Shown in pieces: positions 50,062 through 61,162 of a stretch of DNA of 64,000 nucleotides; the stretch's first letter is position 1; the number at the start of each line of letters is the position of its first letter. A program made the translations under genes and the position numbers. Origin of the DNA: Patescibacteria group bacterium. GTDB taxonomy: Bacteria > Patescibacteriota > Microgenomatia > UBA8517. The notes beneath the pieces were generated by a model, which saw only the letters and a list, made by a program, of their open reading frames with translations, searched no databases and had not been told where the DNA came from. The stretch spans positions 318 through 64,317 of the forward strand of contig JAOAEL010000001.1 of the NCBI GenBank assembly GCA_026416845.1. Direction: 5' to 3'.

Positions 50062-51411
50062 TCAAGGAAAAAATTCTTTTATAAACCTAACAATTTGATC
50101 AAAAAAACCAAATTTTATAAACTTGAATTTATTAACCAAAAAAGGGGCTTTGACACTACTTTGATAGTTGCCATACTTTGCAGCATATAAAATTAAACCT
50201 AATGAAACTGCATAAGAAGGATCTAATATATCATCTACTAAACCACCAAAACCAGAAGGTTGTCCCAATCTAACGGGCAAATGGAAGATTTTTTTTGCAG
50301 AATCAACTACTCCAACAGTTTTAGAGCCACCACCAGTTAAAATCACACCAGCAGGAATTCTACTTATTAAATCATCCTTTTCAATTTGCATTTTTACCAA
50401 ATTAAAAATTTCATCCAACCTTGGACGAATAATACCTTCGACCAAAGTTTTTTTAGAAACTTTTTTATTTTCTTCTACACCAAATTCTTTAAATTGGAAT
50501 TCATCTTGATTTTGAGTTTTTTTATTCTTTTTATCTTCATTATTTGTATCTGTTTCTTCAGACATAGTTTTTAAAAATTTATTCTTAAAATTTTGATTTT
50601 GTTCTGACAAAGCCAACTTTATTTTTTCAGCCGCCTCAAATTGAACCTTCAAACCCAAAGCTAAGTCTTTAGTAACATATCTAGCTCCAATTGGAATAAC
50701 CGTAGAATAATACAAAGAACTTTCAATGAAAACTGCTACAGACACTGTATTGTCTCCCAAATCTATTAAGATACAACCCAACTCTTTTTCTGTCTCGGTC
50801 AAAACTGCTTCACTCGCAGCCAAACCAGTAAAAACAAATTCATTTACATTAATTCCAAGCTCATTTATTGCCTTTCTCAAATTTTTTACTGTAACTGCAG
50901 AAGCTGTAACCAAATGTGTCTCGACCTCTAATCTAACACCACTCATTCCCACTGGATCTCGAATGCCTGCTTCACCATCAACTATATATTCGCGCGGCAA
51001 AACATGAATTATTTCTCTAGAAGAAGGAAGAGAAACTGCACTCGCAGCTTCTATAACACGAGTAACATCTTCAAAAGAAATCTCCCCTTTAGAATCAGAG
51101 ACAGCAACAACACCATGAGAATTCTGTGAAGATATGTAATCACCTCCCAAAGAAACGTATGCAGATTCAATACTATAACCGGCCATTCTTTCTGCAGCTT
51201 CCACGCTCGAAGTTATGGCTTCTACCGCTTCTTCTATATCAATAATGTGTCCTTTTTTGATACCACGAGACACTACCGAAGAAACACCAACTATGTTCAT
51301 AGATTCTGTACCAGAGAGGGCATCACTGGTCATCTGAGCCATAACAGTAACTATTTTTGATGAACCTAAATCTATAGCCGAGATTAATTTGTTTTTAGTA
51401 GGGTTTGACAT
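50062..51411 (-). CDS. ftsA: Cell-division protein FtsA
   Basis: Actin-like ATPase fold (DLGSSKI...). Positioned between ftsQ and ftsZ. Confidence 0.85.
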   Translation of the reverse strand: MSNPTKNKLISAIDLGSSKIVTVMAQMTSDALSGTESMNIVGVSSVVSRGIKKGHIIDIEEAVEAITSSVEAAERMAGYSIESAYVSLGGDYISSQNSHGVVAVSDSKGEISFEDVTRVIEAASAVSLPSSREIIHVLPREYIVDGEAGIRDPVGMSGVRLEVETHLVTASAVTVKNLRKAINELGINVNEFVFTGLAASEAVLTETEKELGCILIDLGDNTVSVAVFIESSLYYSTVIPIGARYVTKDLALGLKVQFEAAEKIKLALSEQNQNFKNKFLKTMSEETDTNNEDKKNKKTQNQDEFQFKEFGVEENKKVSKKTLVEGIIRPRLDEIFNLVKMQIEKDDLISRIPAGVILTGGGSKTVGVVDSAKKIFHLPVRLGQPSGFGGLVDDILDPSYAVSLGLILYAAKYGNYQSSVKAPFLVNKFKFIKFGFFDQIVRFIKEFFP

Positions 51412-51424
51412 CTTTTCTTACAAA

Positions 51425-52186
51425 TCAATTTGTCAATTGTCTAAGAACTGGATTTGTAAATCTCATATCAATTTCAATACCTGAATCTAAAAAACTTATC
51501 TCTTGTTTAGTAATAACATACCTGTTTTCTAATCTATTTAAAACATACATAATACCACCTATCAACAAATCTTTTTCACCTTTTAAAGGAAATAGTACTC
51601 TTTTTTTAGCATCAAGTTCAATTACTAATCTGTCTTTATTTAAAACACCAAAATTAACTCCATAAATAAAATGCATATCTTTTAATATTGATAAAGCAAA
51701 CATAGTCTTTTCATCTAAAAGAGCTCCTTTTTCTGGCAGTTCAGTTTCTACAAAAATCAAAGGCAAGTTTAAATTTTCAAATTTTCGAGATATAACATAA
51801 CCATCTTGAGATACTATTAAAAAAGGACCAGCCTGATCTTTGGCAATAGCACAACAAATTTTTCTAGGTATAATCTTAACAATCCAACCAAAATTGATTA
51901 AATCAAGATAAATTGCAAAATCTTTAATAATTACTTCTTTCTTCAATTCTAAATACATATTTTTATAAAAAGAATAAAATTTAGAATTTTTATAATGATC
52001 TAAAATTTCTGGTATATAATAACTACAATCTTTGGATGAATTTACAACTTCACAAGTTATTTTTTTAACAGGCAATAATTTAATACAAAAAATAACCACA
52101 GAAGAAACAAATAAAAATAAACTTAAAAAACAAATTCTTAAATTAAAAAAATTCTTACTATTGCAAAAATAATATTCGCTTTTCAT
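51425..52186 (-). CDS. ftsQ: FtsQ/DivIB-like cell-division protein
   Basis: Single N-terminal TM helix, a POTRA-like region and dcw-operon context. Sequence is divergent. Confidence 0.5.
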   Translation of the reverse strand: MKSEYYFCNSKNFFNLRICFLSLFLFVSSVVIFCIKLLPVKKITCEVVNSSKDCSYYIPEILDHYKNSKFYSFYKNMYLELKKEVIIKDFAIYLDLINFGWIVKIIPRKICCAIAKDQAGPFLIVSQDGYVISRKFENLNLPLIFVETELPEKGALLDEKTMFALSILKDMHFIYGVNFGVLNKDRLVIELDAKKRVLFPLKGEKDLLIGGIMYVLNRLENRYVITKQEISFLDSGIEIDMRFTNPVLRQLTN

Positions 52187-52254
52187 AAATTGAAAAAACT
52201 AGATAAATCAGACCACAATATTAATTAATTATAAAAAAACAATAATCTTTGGAA

Positions 52255-53340
52255 TCAAAAATTCAGAAGAATTTCGCAAAGCTTAGATGCTGCATTAAAA
52301 TCAAAATTTTTATACTTTCTAACTTTTTGAACCATATTTAACCAATTTTGGTCAATTTTCCCTATCAAATTCAACAAATTTCTAGGATTTAATTTATCTT
52401 CAGGCAAGACAAACGCTATCCCAATTTTTTTAGCAAAAAAAGCATTTTTAGTCTGTTCGTCATTATAAGTATTAGGAAGTGGAACAAATATTGCAGGAGT
52501 AATAGTAGCTATAACTTCGGCAACTGTGTTGGCACCCGACCTAGCAATAACAATGCTCGCCTTTTGCCAGATTTCATGAATACAATCAGGATCAATCGTT
52601 GAATATATTTGATATGAATTTTTCTCTTTAAGTGATAATTTGTCTCTTGCTAATGAAACTTCATCATATCCTAACTCTCCTGTTTGGTGAATAACATTAT
52701 ATTTTTTTAACAATTCGTGTATAACTTTAAGGATTGTTTGGTTCAGAGGTATCGAACCTCTTGAACCGCCAGTGATATAAATAGTTAACTTTTTTGGCTT
52801 TTCTTTTTTAGGGGCAATTTTACACAAAGATGGCAGTAAAGGATTCCCAATCACAATACCATTTGGAAAATATTTTTTGCTTTCCTGCCTTGCAAGAGTT
52901 ATTTTGCTTGCAAATTTTGCAGAAAACAAATTAGCTCTCCCAGCTGTAATTGTTTGTTCGTGTATAACTACTGGTATTCGTAAAAAATATCCTAAAACAA
53001 CCACAGGAAAAGCAGCGTATCCTCCAAAAGACAAAATAACATGAGGCTTTATACTTAAAAGAATAAACAAAGCATGTACAAAGCCTATGGGTATCTTTAG
53101 AAGTGAAACTATGGTATACCTTGTAAATCTCCTTTGTATCCTACCGCTTATAATTTCATAACACTTTATACCCTCGCGCGGGAAAATTTTTGATTCTAAA
53201 GTTGGCACATTCGAACCTTCTATGGCACGCTTTGCTCCTACCCAAAAAATATTTTCAGCTTTTTGCGTTTTTTTTAGTTCTTTTATCACAGATAAAGCTG
53301 TTGTAGCCGCATGCCCACCTGTAAGCAAAATTCGGGTCAT
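52255..53340 (-). CDS. murG: UDP-GlcNAc:undecaprenyl-PP-MurNAc-pentapeptide GlcNAc transferase
   Basis: GT28 N- and C-terminal domains (LLTGGHAATT... and the C-terminal UDP-GlcNAc-binding region). Confidence 0.85.
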   Translation of the reverse strand: MTRILLTGGHAATTALSVIKELKKTQKAENIFWVGAKRAIEGSNVPTLESKIFPREGIKCYEIISGRIQRRFTRYTIVSLLKIPIGFVHALFILLSIKPHVILSFGGYAAFPVVVLGYFLRIPVVIHEQTITAGRANLFSAKFASKITLARQESKKYFPNGIVIGNPLLPSLCKIAPKKEKPKKLTIYITGGSRGSIPLNQTILKVIHELLKKYNVIHQTGELGYDEVSLARDKLSLKEKNSYQIYSTIDPDCIHEIWQKASIVIARSGANTVAEVIATITPAIFVPLPNTYNDEQTKNAFFAKKIGIAFVLPEDKLNPRNLLNLIGKIDQNWLNMVQKVRKYKNFDFNAASKLCEILLNF

Positions 53341-53419
53341 AACTTTTTTATTTTATAATTTAAACAAAATTAATACCCACTGCATTAAAAAAGTTAAAAT
53401 ATAAGCCAGATTTTTCAAA

Positions 53420-54511
53420 TTAGCTGTTTTTAGATATATTCAACATTATCCCACATGCGCACATTATTACCACAAGAGACGTGCCACCATAAGAAAAAAA
53501 TGGCAAAGGAATGCCGGTAATTGGAAAAAGTGCAACCATTGATCCAATATTAAGTAAAATTTGTCCTCCAAACCAACCAGTAATACCAATAGCTAAAATT
53601 TTTTTGAAATAATCATTAGCTTCCTTAGCAATCAAAAGACACCTGTAAATAAAATACACCAGTAAAAAAATCAAGAACAAAGATCCCACGAAACCTAATT
53701 CTTCGGCAATAATTGCAAATATAGAATCATTCGCAGTTTCTGGTAAAAAAAGATGTTTCTGTCTGGAATGCCCAAAACCTACACCTAACAACCCACCCGA
53801 ACCAAGCGCTAAAAGAACCTGACGAATATGATATCCGTGCCCTAGTGGATCTGTAGTTTCAGATAGAAAAGTCATAAACCTTTGTCTTCTGTAATCTGAA
53901 GTCATAATAAGTATAATAGACGCAAGTAGTCCACCCGTAGCAAGAAATACAAAATTGACAAGGGGAAAACCAGAAACAAAAAGTTGAGAAAAGAAAATCG
54001 CGGCGATAACCAAAGCAGTGCCCAAATCAGGTTGCAACATAATCAAACCCACGGCAATCAAAAAAACAAAAATTACTTTCTTAAAATCCGCTTTACTGTC
54101 AATCAAATTTGCAACGTAAATTGCCAATGCCAATTTCATAAATTCTGACGGTTGAAAAGAAAAAAAACCAAAATCAATCCAACGCCTGGCGCCAAGCAAA
54201 GATATACCAATACCCGGAATTAAAACAATAACAAGCAAAAAAGAGGCAAAATAAAAGATATGATTTGAAAAAACTCTCAAATAATGAAGATTAAATTTAT
54301 AAAAAAAACCCATTCCTAAAAAACCAACTATCGCCCATAAAAATTGTTGCCTCACATAATAAAACTTATCCCCAAATTCTTTAATTCCTAATGGAGCTGA
54401 GGCATCCCAAATTGCAATTAACCCAAGTACAACAAGAAAAAAAACCAAACTTAAAAAAGTCTTATCAAATTCTAGATTTCTAAATCTAATTCTTGAATTT
54501 TGTCGACGCAC
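53420..54511 (-). CDS. ftsW: SEDS-family peptidoglycan glycosyltransferase FtsW
   Basis: SEDS topology, positioned between mraY and murG in the dcw operon. Confidence 0.85.
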   Translation of the reverse strand: MRRQNSRIRFRNLEFDKTFLSLVFFLVVLGLIAIWDASAPLGIKEFGDKFYYVRQQFLWAIVGFLGMGFFYKFNLHYLRVFSNHIFYFASFLLVIVLIPGIGISLLGARRWIDFGFFSFQPSEFMKLALAIYVANLIDSKADFKKVIFVFLIAVGLIMLQPDLGTALVIAAIFFSQLFVSGFPLVNFVFLATGGLLASIILIMTSDYRRQRFMTFLSETTDPLGHGYHIRQVLLALGSGGLLGVGFGHSRQKHLFLPETANDSIFAIIAEELGFVGSLFLIFLLVYFIYRCLLIAKEANDYFKKILAIGITGWFGGQILLNIGSMVALFPITGIPLPFFSYGGTSLVVIMCACGIMLNISKNS

Positions 54512-54584
54512 TAAAACATAGTATTATAATAAACAAAACTTAAAAAGATCTTATTAAGTCTAAAATGCAAACAAAACTAGAAAC

Positions 54585-55643
54585 TCAAATTGTTGCCAAC
54601 CAAAGACCAAAAATTGCTAGCAAGATAGCCAAAATCCAAGCCCGCATAACTATTTTTTGTTCAGGCCAACCTAAAGCTTGAAGAGTATGATGCAAAGGAG
54701 CAAGAGGTAAAATAGGCCTTTTCAAAAATTTCCAACCCAAAACTTGCAAAGCCGAAGAAACAGTTTCAATAACAAATATGCCACCAATTACAACCAAAGC
54801 AACAATATTGCCAGTCAAAAGTCCAATCACAGCAAGCATTGCCCCAAATGACAATGCACCAGCATCACCCAAAAAAATGCGTGCTGGCCAAACATTAAAA
54901 TACAAAAAAGCAATTAAAGATCCTATCCAAATTGCTATAAAAACAGCAATTGGGGTATCTAAGTTGTTTGCCGCAATAATTACAAAGGCCACAAGACATA
55001 TCAAAAGCACACCACAAGAAAGACCATCAAGACCATCAGTAATGTTTACAGCGTTTGCAAAAGCCACAATAACAAATGCAGCAAAAGGTATAAAAAACCA
55101 TCCCAAATCCAAAACAGCACCTAAAAGCGGAATGTGCAATATTTGAATTTTTAGATAAAAATACATTGTAAAACTAATCGCAAACGCCAAAACCCATTGA
55201 AGAAGAAATTTCTGAGATTTGGTCAAACCAAAGGCAAAACCAAGCGATCCGGAAGATGTCGCTTTACCAAAGATTTTTACATAATCGTCAATCAAACCTA
55301 AAACCGCAAAAGAAATAAAAGTAAAAAATATTACAAAAAGTTCGTACTTTAAGTCATAAGCGCTTCTTATGAATACACCCATATGCGATGAAAAGGGAAA
55401 AACTAGAATAAACAAAACTGTTACAACAAAAACTATAAGTATTCCACCACCAATTGGAGTCCCGGCTTTTATATCATGAAGAGTATCAAAAAGAGGAACC
55501 TTGCCTTTTGAGGGAGCTTCTTTTCTACGAGTCATTTTAAGCTTGTACAAAAGATCAATAAAAGGAACTAAAAACACTCCTGTCACACAAAAAGAAAATA
55601 AAATTAAACCAAGCACTAAAGGCAATATGCTTTCTATTGACAT
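54585..55643 (-). CDS. mraY: Phospho-N-acetylmuramoyl-pentapeptide transferase
   Basis: 10-TM MraY with the DDxxKxxG region (LGLIDDYVKIFG) and NAVNITDGLDGL. Confidence 0.9.
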   Translation of the reverse strand: MSIESILPLVLGLILFSFCVTGVFLVPFIDLLYKLKMTRRKEAPSKGKVPLFDTLHDIKAGTPIGGGILIVFVVTVLFILVFPFSSHMGVFIRSAYDLKYELFVIFFTFISFAVLGLIDDYVKIFGKATSSGSLGFAFGLTKSQKFLLQWVLAFAISFTMYFYLKIQILHIPLLGAVLDLGWFFIPFAAFVIVAFANAVNITDGLDGLSCGVLLICLVAFVIIAANNLDTPIAVFIAIWIGSLIAFLYFNVWPARIFLGDAGALSFGAMLAVIGLLTGNIVALVVIGGIFVIETVSSALQVLGWKFLKRPILPLAPLHHTLQALGWPEQKIVMRAWILAILLAIFGLWLATI

Positions 55644-55739
55644 AAATTAAAAAACTACAAATATTCCAGCATACAAATAAGATAACTAATCTATTTAACT
55701 ATAAAAATCAAATTTGTTTTAACTAATACTACAAGACAA

Positions 55740-57047
55740 TTAATTTTTAACACCTTTCAGATTATAAGCTCCAACTTTTTTATAAAATCTTTGTATAGTA
55801 TCAACCACTTCATCAAGTTTCATTGATCTTGAACCTTTAATCAAAACAACATCACTGGGTTGCAATCTTTTTAACAATTCTTTGACAACCTCTTGATTGC
55901 TTTCCAGATTAACAGCATTTATTTTTCTTTTAGCATTTTTCGAAGCGCTTTTTATAGTTTCTTTAGTTAAAGCGCCTATCGTAATCAGCTCGTCTACACC
56001 AACTTCTGCAACATATTCTCCAACATCCTCATGTCCTTTAATAGCATGTGCCCCCAATTCCTTCATTTCGCCAAACACAAAAATTTTGCGTCTTTTTCCA
56101 GCAACATCTTTTAATACTTTAAGAGCAGCTTTTGTTGCAAGAGGATTGGCGTTATACGTGTCATCTATAATCGTAATATTATCTCGAAGTAGTATAGGCA
56201 ACATCCGATGCGGTTCTCCTTTGCTTTCTTCGATCCCTATTTTTATGTCTAATAAATCCATATTGTTTATTAATCCTACACAAGCCGCAGCGGCGGCTAA
56301 ACTTGCAAAGTGATATCCCAAAAATGGCACTAAAACTTTTACTCGATCATTTTTGTGGTGCAATGTTACTTGTGTCTTCAAATCTTTTGTGATAAAAACA
56401 TCGCTAAACCAAACATCACATTTATTACAAGATCCAAAAAAAAGCACTTTTGCCTTTGTTTTTGATGCTACGCTTCTGACTCTTTTATCATCATAATTTA
56501 AAACCGCAAATGAATTTTCTGATAACAATGTCGCGATCTTTTCTTCTTCTTTCAAAACACCTTCAACGTCTCCAAAAAACTCTGTATGTGTCCAATCCAC
56601 AGAAATTAAAACTCCAATATCTGGATTAGCAAGCCAATTGTAAAAGTTCATTTCACCCGGAAACTCAACACTCATTTCTAAAACTAACATTTCAGTATCC
56701 AAAGGAGTATGGAGCACAGTCTCAGGTATGTTGTAAACAGGATCAATATTTCCCTTGCTACTTACAGTTTTAAATTTCTGAGAAAGCACTGAATGCAACA
56801 TCTGCTTCGTAGTTGTTTTCCCGGCAGAACCGGCAACACCAACGATCTTGCAACCTTTATGTTGTAAAAGTCTGGATCGTAAATGAGTTTTTTTGCGTCT
56901 GATAGGATGAATCACCCATTTTCTAAAATACATCCGCAAGTTTTTATAAATGCCAACTGGCTTTAGTTCCGGCTTCACCCAAATATGCTCAGAGGGCAAA
57001 TATTTCCCCACCCAAATTCTAATAAATTCTTCAAAGATATTTTTCAT
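55740..57047 (-). CDS. murF: UDP-MurNAc-tripeptide--D-Ala-D-Ala ligase
   Basis: Mur ligase P-loop GVAGSAGKTTT, MurF-specific IDDTYNANP, and GEMKELG. Confidence 0.8.
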   Translation of the reverse strand: MKNIFEEFIRIWVGKYLPSEHIWVKPELKPVGIYKNLRMYFRKWVIHPIRRKKTHLRSRLLQHKGCKIVGVAGSAGKTTTKQMLHSVLSQKFKTVSSKGNIDPVYNIPETVLHTPLDTEMLVLEMSVEFPGEMNFYNWLANPDIGVLISVDWTHTEFFGDVEGVLKEEEKIATLLSENSFAVLNYDDKRVRSVASKTKAKVLFFGSCNKCDVWFSDVFITKDLKTQVTLHHKNDRVKVLVPFLGYHFASLAAAAACVGLINNMDLLDIKIGIEESKGEPHRMLPILLRDNITIIDDTYNANPLATKAALKVLKDVAGKRRKIFVFGEMKELGAHAIKGHEDVGEYVAEVGVDELITIGALTKETIKSASKNAKRKINAVNLESNQEVVKELLKRLQPSDVVLIKGSRSMKLDEVVDTIQRFYKKVGAYNLKGVKN

Positions 57048-57153
57048 TTATCTAAGGATTTTAAGTTTTGGTATTTTAATATTTTTAATATATTTTGAAT
57101 TAAATTATTTGTACCTATTAATAATATATATTCATTCAACAAACTTATATCTA

Positions 57154-58524
57154 CTATTCTACCAAAGAGTAAACCTGATTCTTAAATTGGCTACCGCGAT
57201 CTTTATAGTCACAAAACATGTCAAAAGAAGCGGAAGCGGGAGATAATAAAACCACATCTCCGCTAGCAGACACTTCTCTGGCTTTTTCAACAACTTTTTG
57301 CATAGAAGTCATGCCAAGATTAAATATCAAACCTTTAAAATTAGATTTTCGCAATTCAAACTCAATTCGATCAGCAATCTGACCAATCAATATTGTTGCT
57401 TTGACATTTTTCGCTTTAGCAATATGGCTTGCCATCTGACTATAAGACAAACCTTTATCAGACCCCCCCAATATTAAAATAACTGGTTCTGAAAAAGAAT
57501 CAACAGCCGCCATCGTCGGCTGAGGATTAGTCGAAAACGAGTCATTATAATATGAAACTCCGTTTACTTTTGACACAAACTCTAACCTATGTTCCAACCC
57601 TTTGAACTTAAACACACTTTTTTTGATTGAATCAATGTTGCAACCAATACAAAAAGAAGCACATACAGCCGCGGTAACATTTTCCCAATTATGTCTGCCT
57701 CTTAATTGCAAATCGCCAACATCCCCAACAATTTGATTCCCCCCATTCATGCAAATTCTAATTTTATTACCAGTCACATAACAACCATTCACTTTATTCT
57801 TCTTGCTGAAATAAAAAACTTTTGCACTGGTTAATTTTTCAAAATTTTTTGGTGTTTCATAATCAAAATTGATCACTGCGTAATCTGTATCATTTTGGTG
57901 CAAAACAATATTCTTTTTTGCAGAGACATATTCTTCTTGATTTAGATGCCAATCCAAATGATCGGAAGTAATGTTCAAAACCACAGCCACATGCGGACTT
58001 TTATGCAAGTCAATTAATTGAAACGAGGAGATCTCCATAACAACTATACTTTGTTTGGTTAAACTTGGCAATAATTCTAAATAAGGTTTGCCTATATTCC
58101 CAGCCAGATAAACATCTAGTCCTTGCTCTTTGCAAATATTGTAAATTAATGTGCTTGTCGTTCCTTTGCCTTTGGTGCCAGTTACACCAATTATCCGGCT
58201 TGGACATTTCTCAAAAAAAAGCTTTATTGCGCTTGAAATTGCAACGCCATTTCTTTCAGCTTTAATTAACTCTTCTTTATACCTATAAACACCCGGTGAT
58301 CTAAATATAATATCAAAATCCGAATTAATCCCTGATAAATAATTAGAACCGCATACAAACTCAATTTCATGTGTGTCTATGCCTTGAAAGTTGAGTTCGT
58401 CTTTTGTTTTTTGATCAAATACTGTTATTAACGCTCCTTGCTTGTGCAAATAATTTGCTAAATCTTTCCCTTCCATGCCAAAACCAAGTATGCCAACTTT
58501 TTTGTTTTTTAATGATTTATCCAT
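57154..58524 (-). CDS. murD: UDP-MurNAc-L-Ala--D-Glu ligase
   Basis: N-terminal Rossmann-like KVGILGFGMEGKDLANYL and P-loop GVTGTKGKGTT. Confidence 0.85.
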   Translation of the reverse strand: MDKSLKNKKVGILGFGMEGKDLANYLHKQGALITVFDQKTKDELNFQGIDTHEIEFVCGSNYLSGINSDFDIIFRSPGVYRYKEELIKAERNGVAISSAIKLFFEKCPSRIIGVTGTKGKGTTSTLIYNICKEQGLDVYLAGNIGKPYLELLPSLTKQSIVVMEISSFQLIDLHKSPHVAVVLNITSDHLDWHLNQEEYVSAKKNIVLHQNDTDYAVINFDYETPKNFEKLTSAKVFYFSKKNKVNGCYVTGNKIRICMNGGNQIVGDVGDLQLRGRHNWENVTAAVCASFCIGCNIDSIKKSVFKFKGLEHRLEFVSKVNGVSYYNDSFSTNPQPTMAAVDSFSEPVILILGGSDKGLSYSQMASHIAKAKNVKATILIGQIADRIEFELRKSNFKGLIFNLGMTSMQKVVEKAREVSASGDVVLLSPASASFDMFCDYKDRGSQFKNQVYSLVE

Positions 58525-60053
58525 AGTATCTTTTTTATCTCTCCATTAAGAGCCATTTTAACAGCTTCTTTATCACTCCAAGGATACTCAACACCATTAT
58601 AAGACATACTTTTTTCGTGGCCTTTGCCACAAATAATAACGGTGTCCTTTTCTTGCGCAATTTTATTAATCGCAAAATATATAGCTTCACCCCGTTCAGG
58701 TATTTTTAAATATAACTTGCCTTTGCATTCTTTAAACTTATCTTCGTCTTTAAAATTTTTTATTTCCACTCCGCCTACATTTCTTGCTGAATCAGACATT
58801 ACATCTAATATCTGGTTTACATCTTCATATCTTGGATCTTCAGCCGTAAATATGGATACATCAGAATAATTTACAGAAATCTGAGGCATGGTAATTCTTT
58901 TTTGTGTATCCCTCTCGCCTGCGCAACCAAAAACCGTAATCAACTTGCCCTTAGTTTTAGATCTTAATAAACGAAGAACTTGTTCCAAAGCGTTTGGAGT
59001 ATGAGCAAAATCAATATAAATATTAATCCCTTTGTCATTTTCTATTTCTTCCAATCTTCCACTAGGAGGTGAAAAACACTTCAAAGCAGAAATTATTTTA
59101 TTCCACTTAACTTTATATATTCTGGCAGTAGCAATCGCGCACAAAATATTTGCAACATTGTAATCGCCTAAAAGTCTTGTTGAAATAAGCATTGTTTTAT
59201 TCCCAGCTTTGAGTTTAAAAACCGTTTTATTAATCGCGCTTTTTATATCATAAGCATAATAATCAGCATTAGCATCGTAAGACAAGGAATATGTGTAAAA
59301 TTTCTTTGCGTTTGATTTATTTTTGATATATTCAAAAGATGCATCATCTTTGTTCAAAACAGCATATTTTACATTTTTAAATAGCTTAGCTTTAACATCC
59401 CGATAATTCTCAAATGTTTTATGGTAATCAAGATGTTCGTGAGTAATATTTGTAAGGCAAGCAGTTTCAAAATTTATACCATGAACACGCCTCTGATCTA
59501 TACCATGCGAAGTAACCTCCAAAACCACGTGGGTACAATTAAATTCATTCATCTTATGCAAAATCTCTTGTAAAACAAGAGGCTCAGGATTTGTAACATG
59601 AAAACCAGTATCCACCTTTTTATCACCAATAATCGCATTTACTGTCGAAACAATTCCAACATTTTTCCCACTATGCTTTAATATCCAATAAATAAGATTC
59701 GCAGTCGTTGTTTTACCATCAGTTCCAGTTATGCCAATTACCTTAAAAGCTTTAGATGGATTGCCATACCAATTAGAAGCTATAATCGCAAGCGCTTCGC
59801 GGGAATTTTTTACTCTTATATATGTTGTCCCCCAATCTTTTTTATAAGCTTCCTCTCCAACTATAACTATTGCTCCTTTTGAAATTGCATCAGGTATTAA
59901 ACTATGAGAATCAATTTTCATCCCACGAATTGCCACAAAAAGACTATTTTTAGTTATACTTTTGGTGTTGTCGGAAACACAAGAGATATTCTTTTTTAGA
60001 TCGCCATAAATACTCAATATATCCACTCCCTTAATTAATTTGGTTAAATTCAT
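58509..60053 (-). CDS. murE: UDP-MurNAc-L-Ala-D-Glu--2,6-diaminopimelate (or L-Lys) ligase
   Basis: P-loop GITGTDGKTTT. EDPR is present at the DNPR position, which suggests mDAP specificity. Confidence 0.85.
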   Translation of the reverse strand: MNLTKLIKGVDILSIYGDLKKNISCVSDNTKSITKNSLFVAIRGMKIDSHSLIPDAISKGAIVIVGEEAYKKDWGTTYIRVKNSREALAIIASNWYGNPSKAFKVIGITGTDGKTTTANLIYWILKHSGKNVGIVSTVNAIIGDKKVDTGFHVTNPEPLVLQEILHKMNEFNCTHVVLEVTSHGIDQRRVHGINFETACLTNITHEHLDYHKTFENYRDVKAKLFKNVKYAVLNKDDASFEYIKNKSNAKKFYTYSLSYDANADYYAYDIKSAINKTVFKLKAGNKTMLISTRLLGDYNVANILCAIATARIYKVKWNKIISALKCFSPPSGRLEEIENDKGINIYIDFAHTPNALEQVLRLLRSKTKGKLITVFGCAGERDTQKRITMPQISVNYSDVSIFTAEDPRYEDVNQILDVMSDSARNVGGVEIKNFKDEDKFKECKGKLYLKIPERGEAIYFAINKIAQEKDTVIICGKGHEKSMSYNGVEYPWSDKEAVKMALNGEIKKILWINH

Positions 60054-61162
60054 ATTGTCACTAATTCAAGCTCTAGATTTATACCATAATTTTCATACAC
60101 ATCGGCTTTCATTAATGAAATCAAATTCAAAATCTCATCCGGTGTAGCGTCACCGTAATTAACCACAATTAAAGCATGTTTCTCGTAAACTCCAACTTTG
60201 CCAATTCTTTTGCCTCGCCACCCCAAATTATCAAGAAGTCTCCCGGCAGGTATTTTTACATACTCATTTTGATCAAGTGAATCACTGTCTTCAAAATAAG
60301 AAAGCGAATTTGCAGGATAACATTGCAAGCTAGAATCCATTCGCAATAAATCTTCGTATTGTCGTTTTGTCACCAAAGGGTTTTTGAAAACACTTCCAGC
60401 GTTCCCTAATTTTTTAATGTCTGGAAGTTTTCGCAATCTAATTGATAAAACAGCATCATAAATATCTCTTATTGTGAAAGGCTTAACCTTGCCAAGATTA
60501 TTAAGTTCAGAGATTATTGATATCTTGTTTTTGCTATCAACTGTTCTGCCAGTTTCAAAATAAGAGGCATTTATGACAGGTTTTTTACTTAGTCTTAACC
60601 TCACCTTGGTAATCAACCATTGTCTTTTTCCTTTGCCATTTTTAAAAAAACTCTCACGATAATCAAAATCACATTCACTTTTTTCAAATGTTTTCTTTAG
60701 TCCTGTTTTCAAATTTATTGCGTCAAGAGAAACAAAAACATCTTCAAAATTCTGACCATAAGCGGCGATATTTTGAACAGGAGCGGCGCCAACTGTGCCA
60801 GGAATCAAAGCCAAGTTTTCAATTCCTCCATAATTATGATTAACAGCCCAAGTAACAAGCTCATGCCAATTTTTACCGGCACCAACTTCAACCACTATAA
60901 AACTTTGATTTTCTTCAACAATTTTCATGCCTTTTATTTTCACACCAATCACAAGCCCATCAAAATCTCTTGTAAACAAAACATTTGCTCCGTCTCCCAA
61001 AATAATTATGTTTTGCTTAGATAAATATTTATCAGCCAATATTTCATAAAACTCATCTTCATAATTTAACTGAATGAAGTATCTTGATTTTACATCTAAT
61101 CCAAAAGTGTTATGTCTTTTCAGGGAATAGTTATTTTTTATATTTTTTACTTGGTTGCGCAT
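60050..61162 (-). CDS. murB: UDP-N-acetylenolpyruvoylglucosamine reductase
   Basis: FAD-binding PCMH domain (ILGDGANVLF...) and the MurB C-terminal domain. Confidence 0.8.
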   Translation of the reverse strand: MRNQVKNIKNNYSLKRHNTFGLDVKSRYFIQLNYEDEFYEILADKYLSKQNIIILGDGANVLFTRDFDGLVIGVKIKGMKIVEENQSFIVVEVGAGKNWHELVTWAVNHNYGGIENLALIPGTVGAAPVQNIAAYGQNFEDVFVSLDAINLKTGLKKTFEKSECDFDYRESFFKNGKGKRQWLITKVRLRLSKKPVINASYFETGRTVDSKNKISIISELNNLGKVKPFTIRDIYDAVLSIRLRKLPDIKKLGNAGSVFKNPLVTKRQYEDLLRMDSSLQCYPANSLSYFEDSDSLDQNEYVKIPAGRLLDNLGWRGKRIGKVGVYEKHALIVVNYGDATPDEILNLISLMKADVYENYGINLELELVTI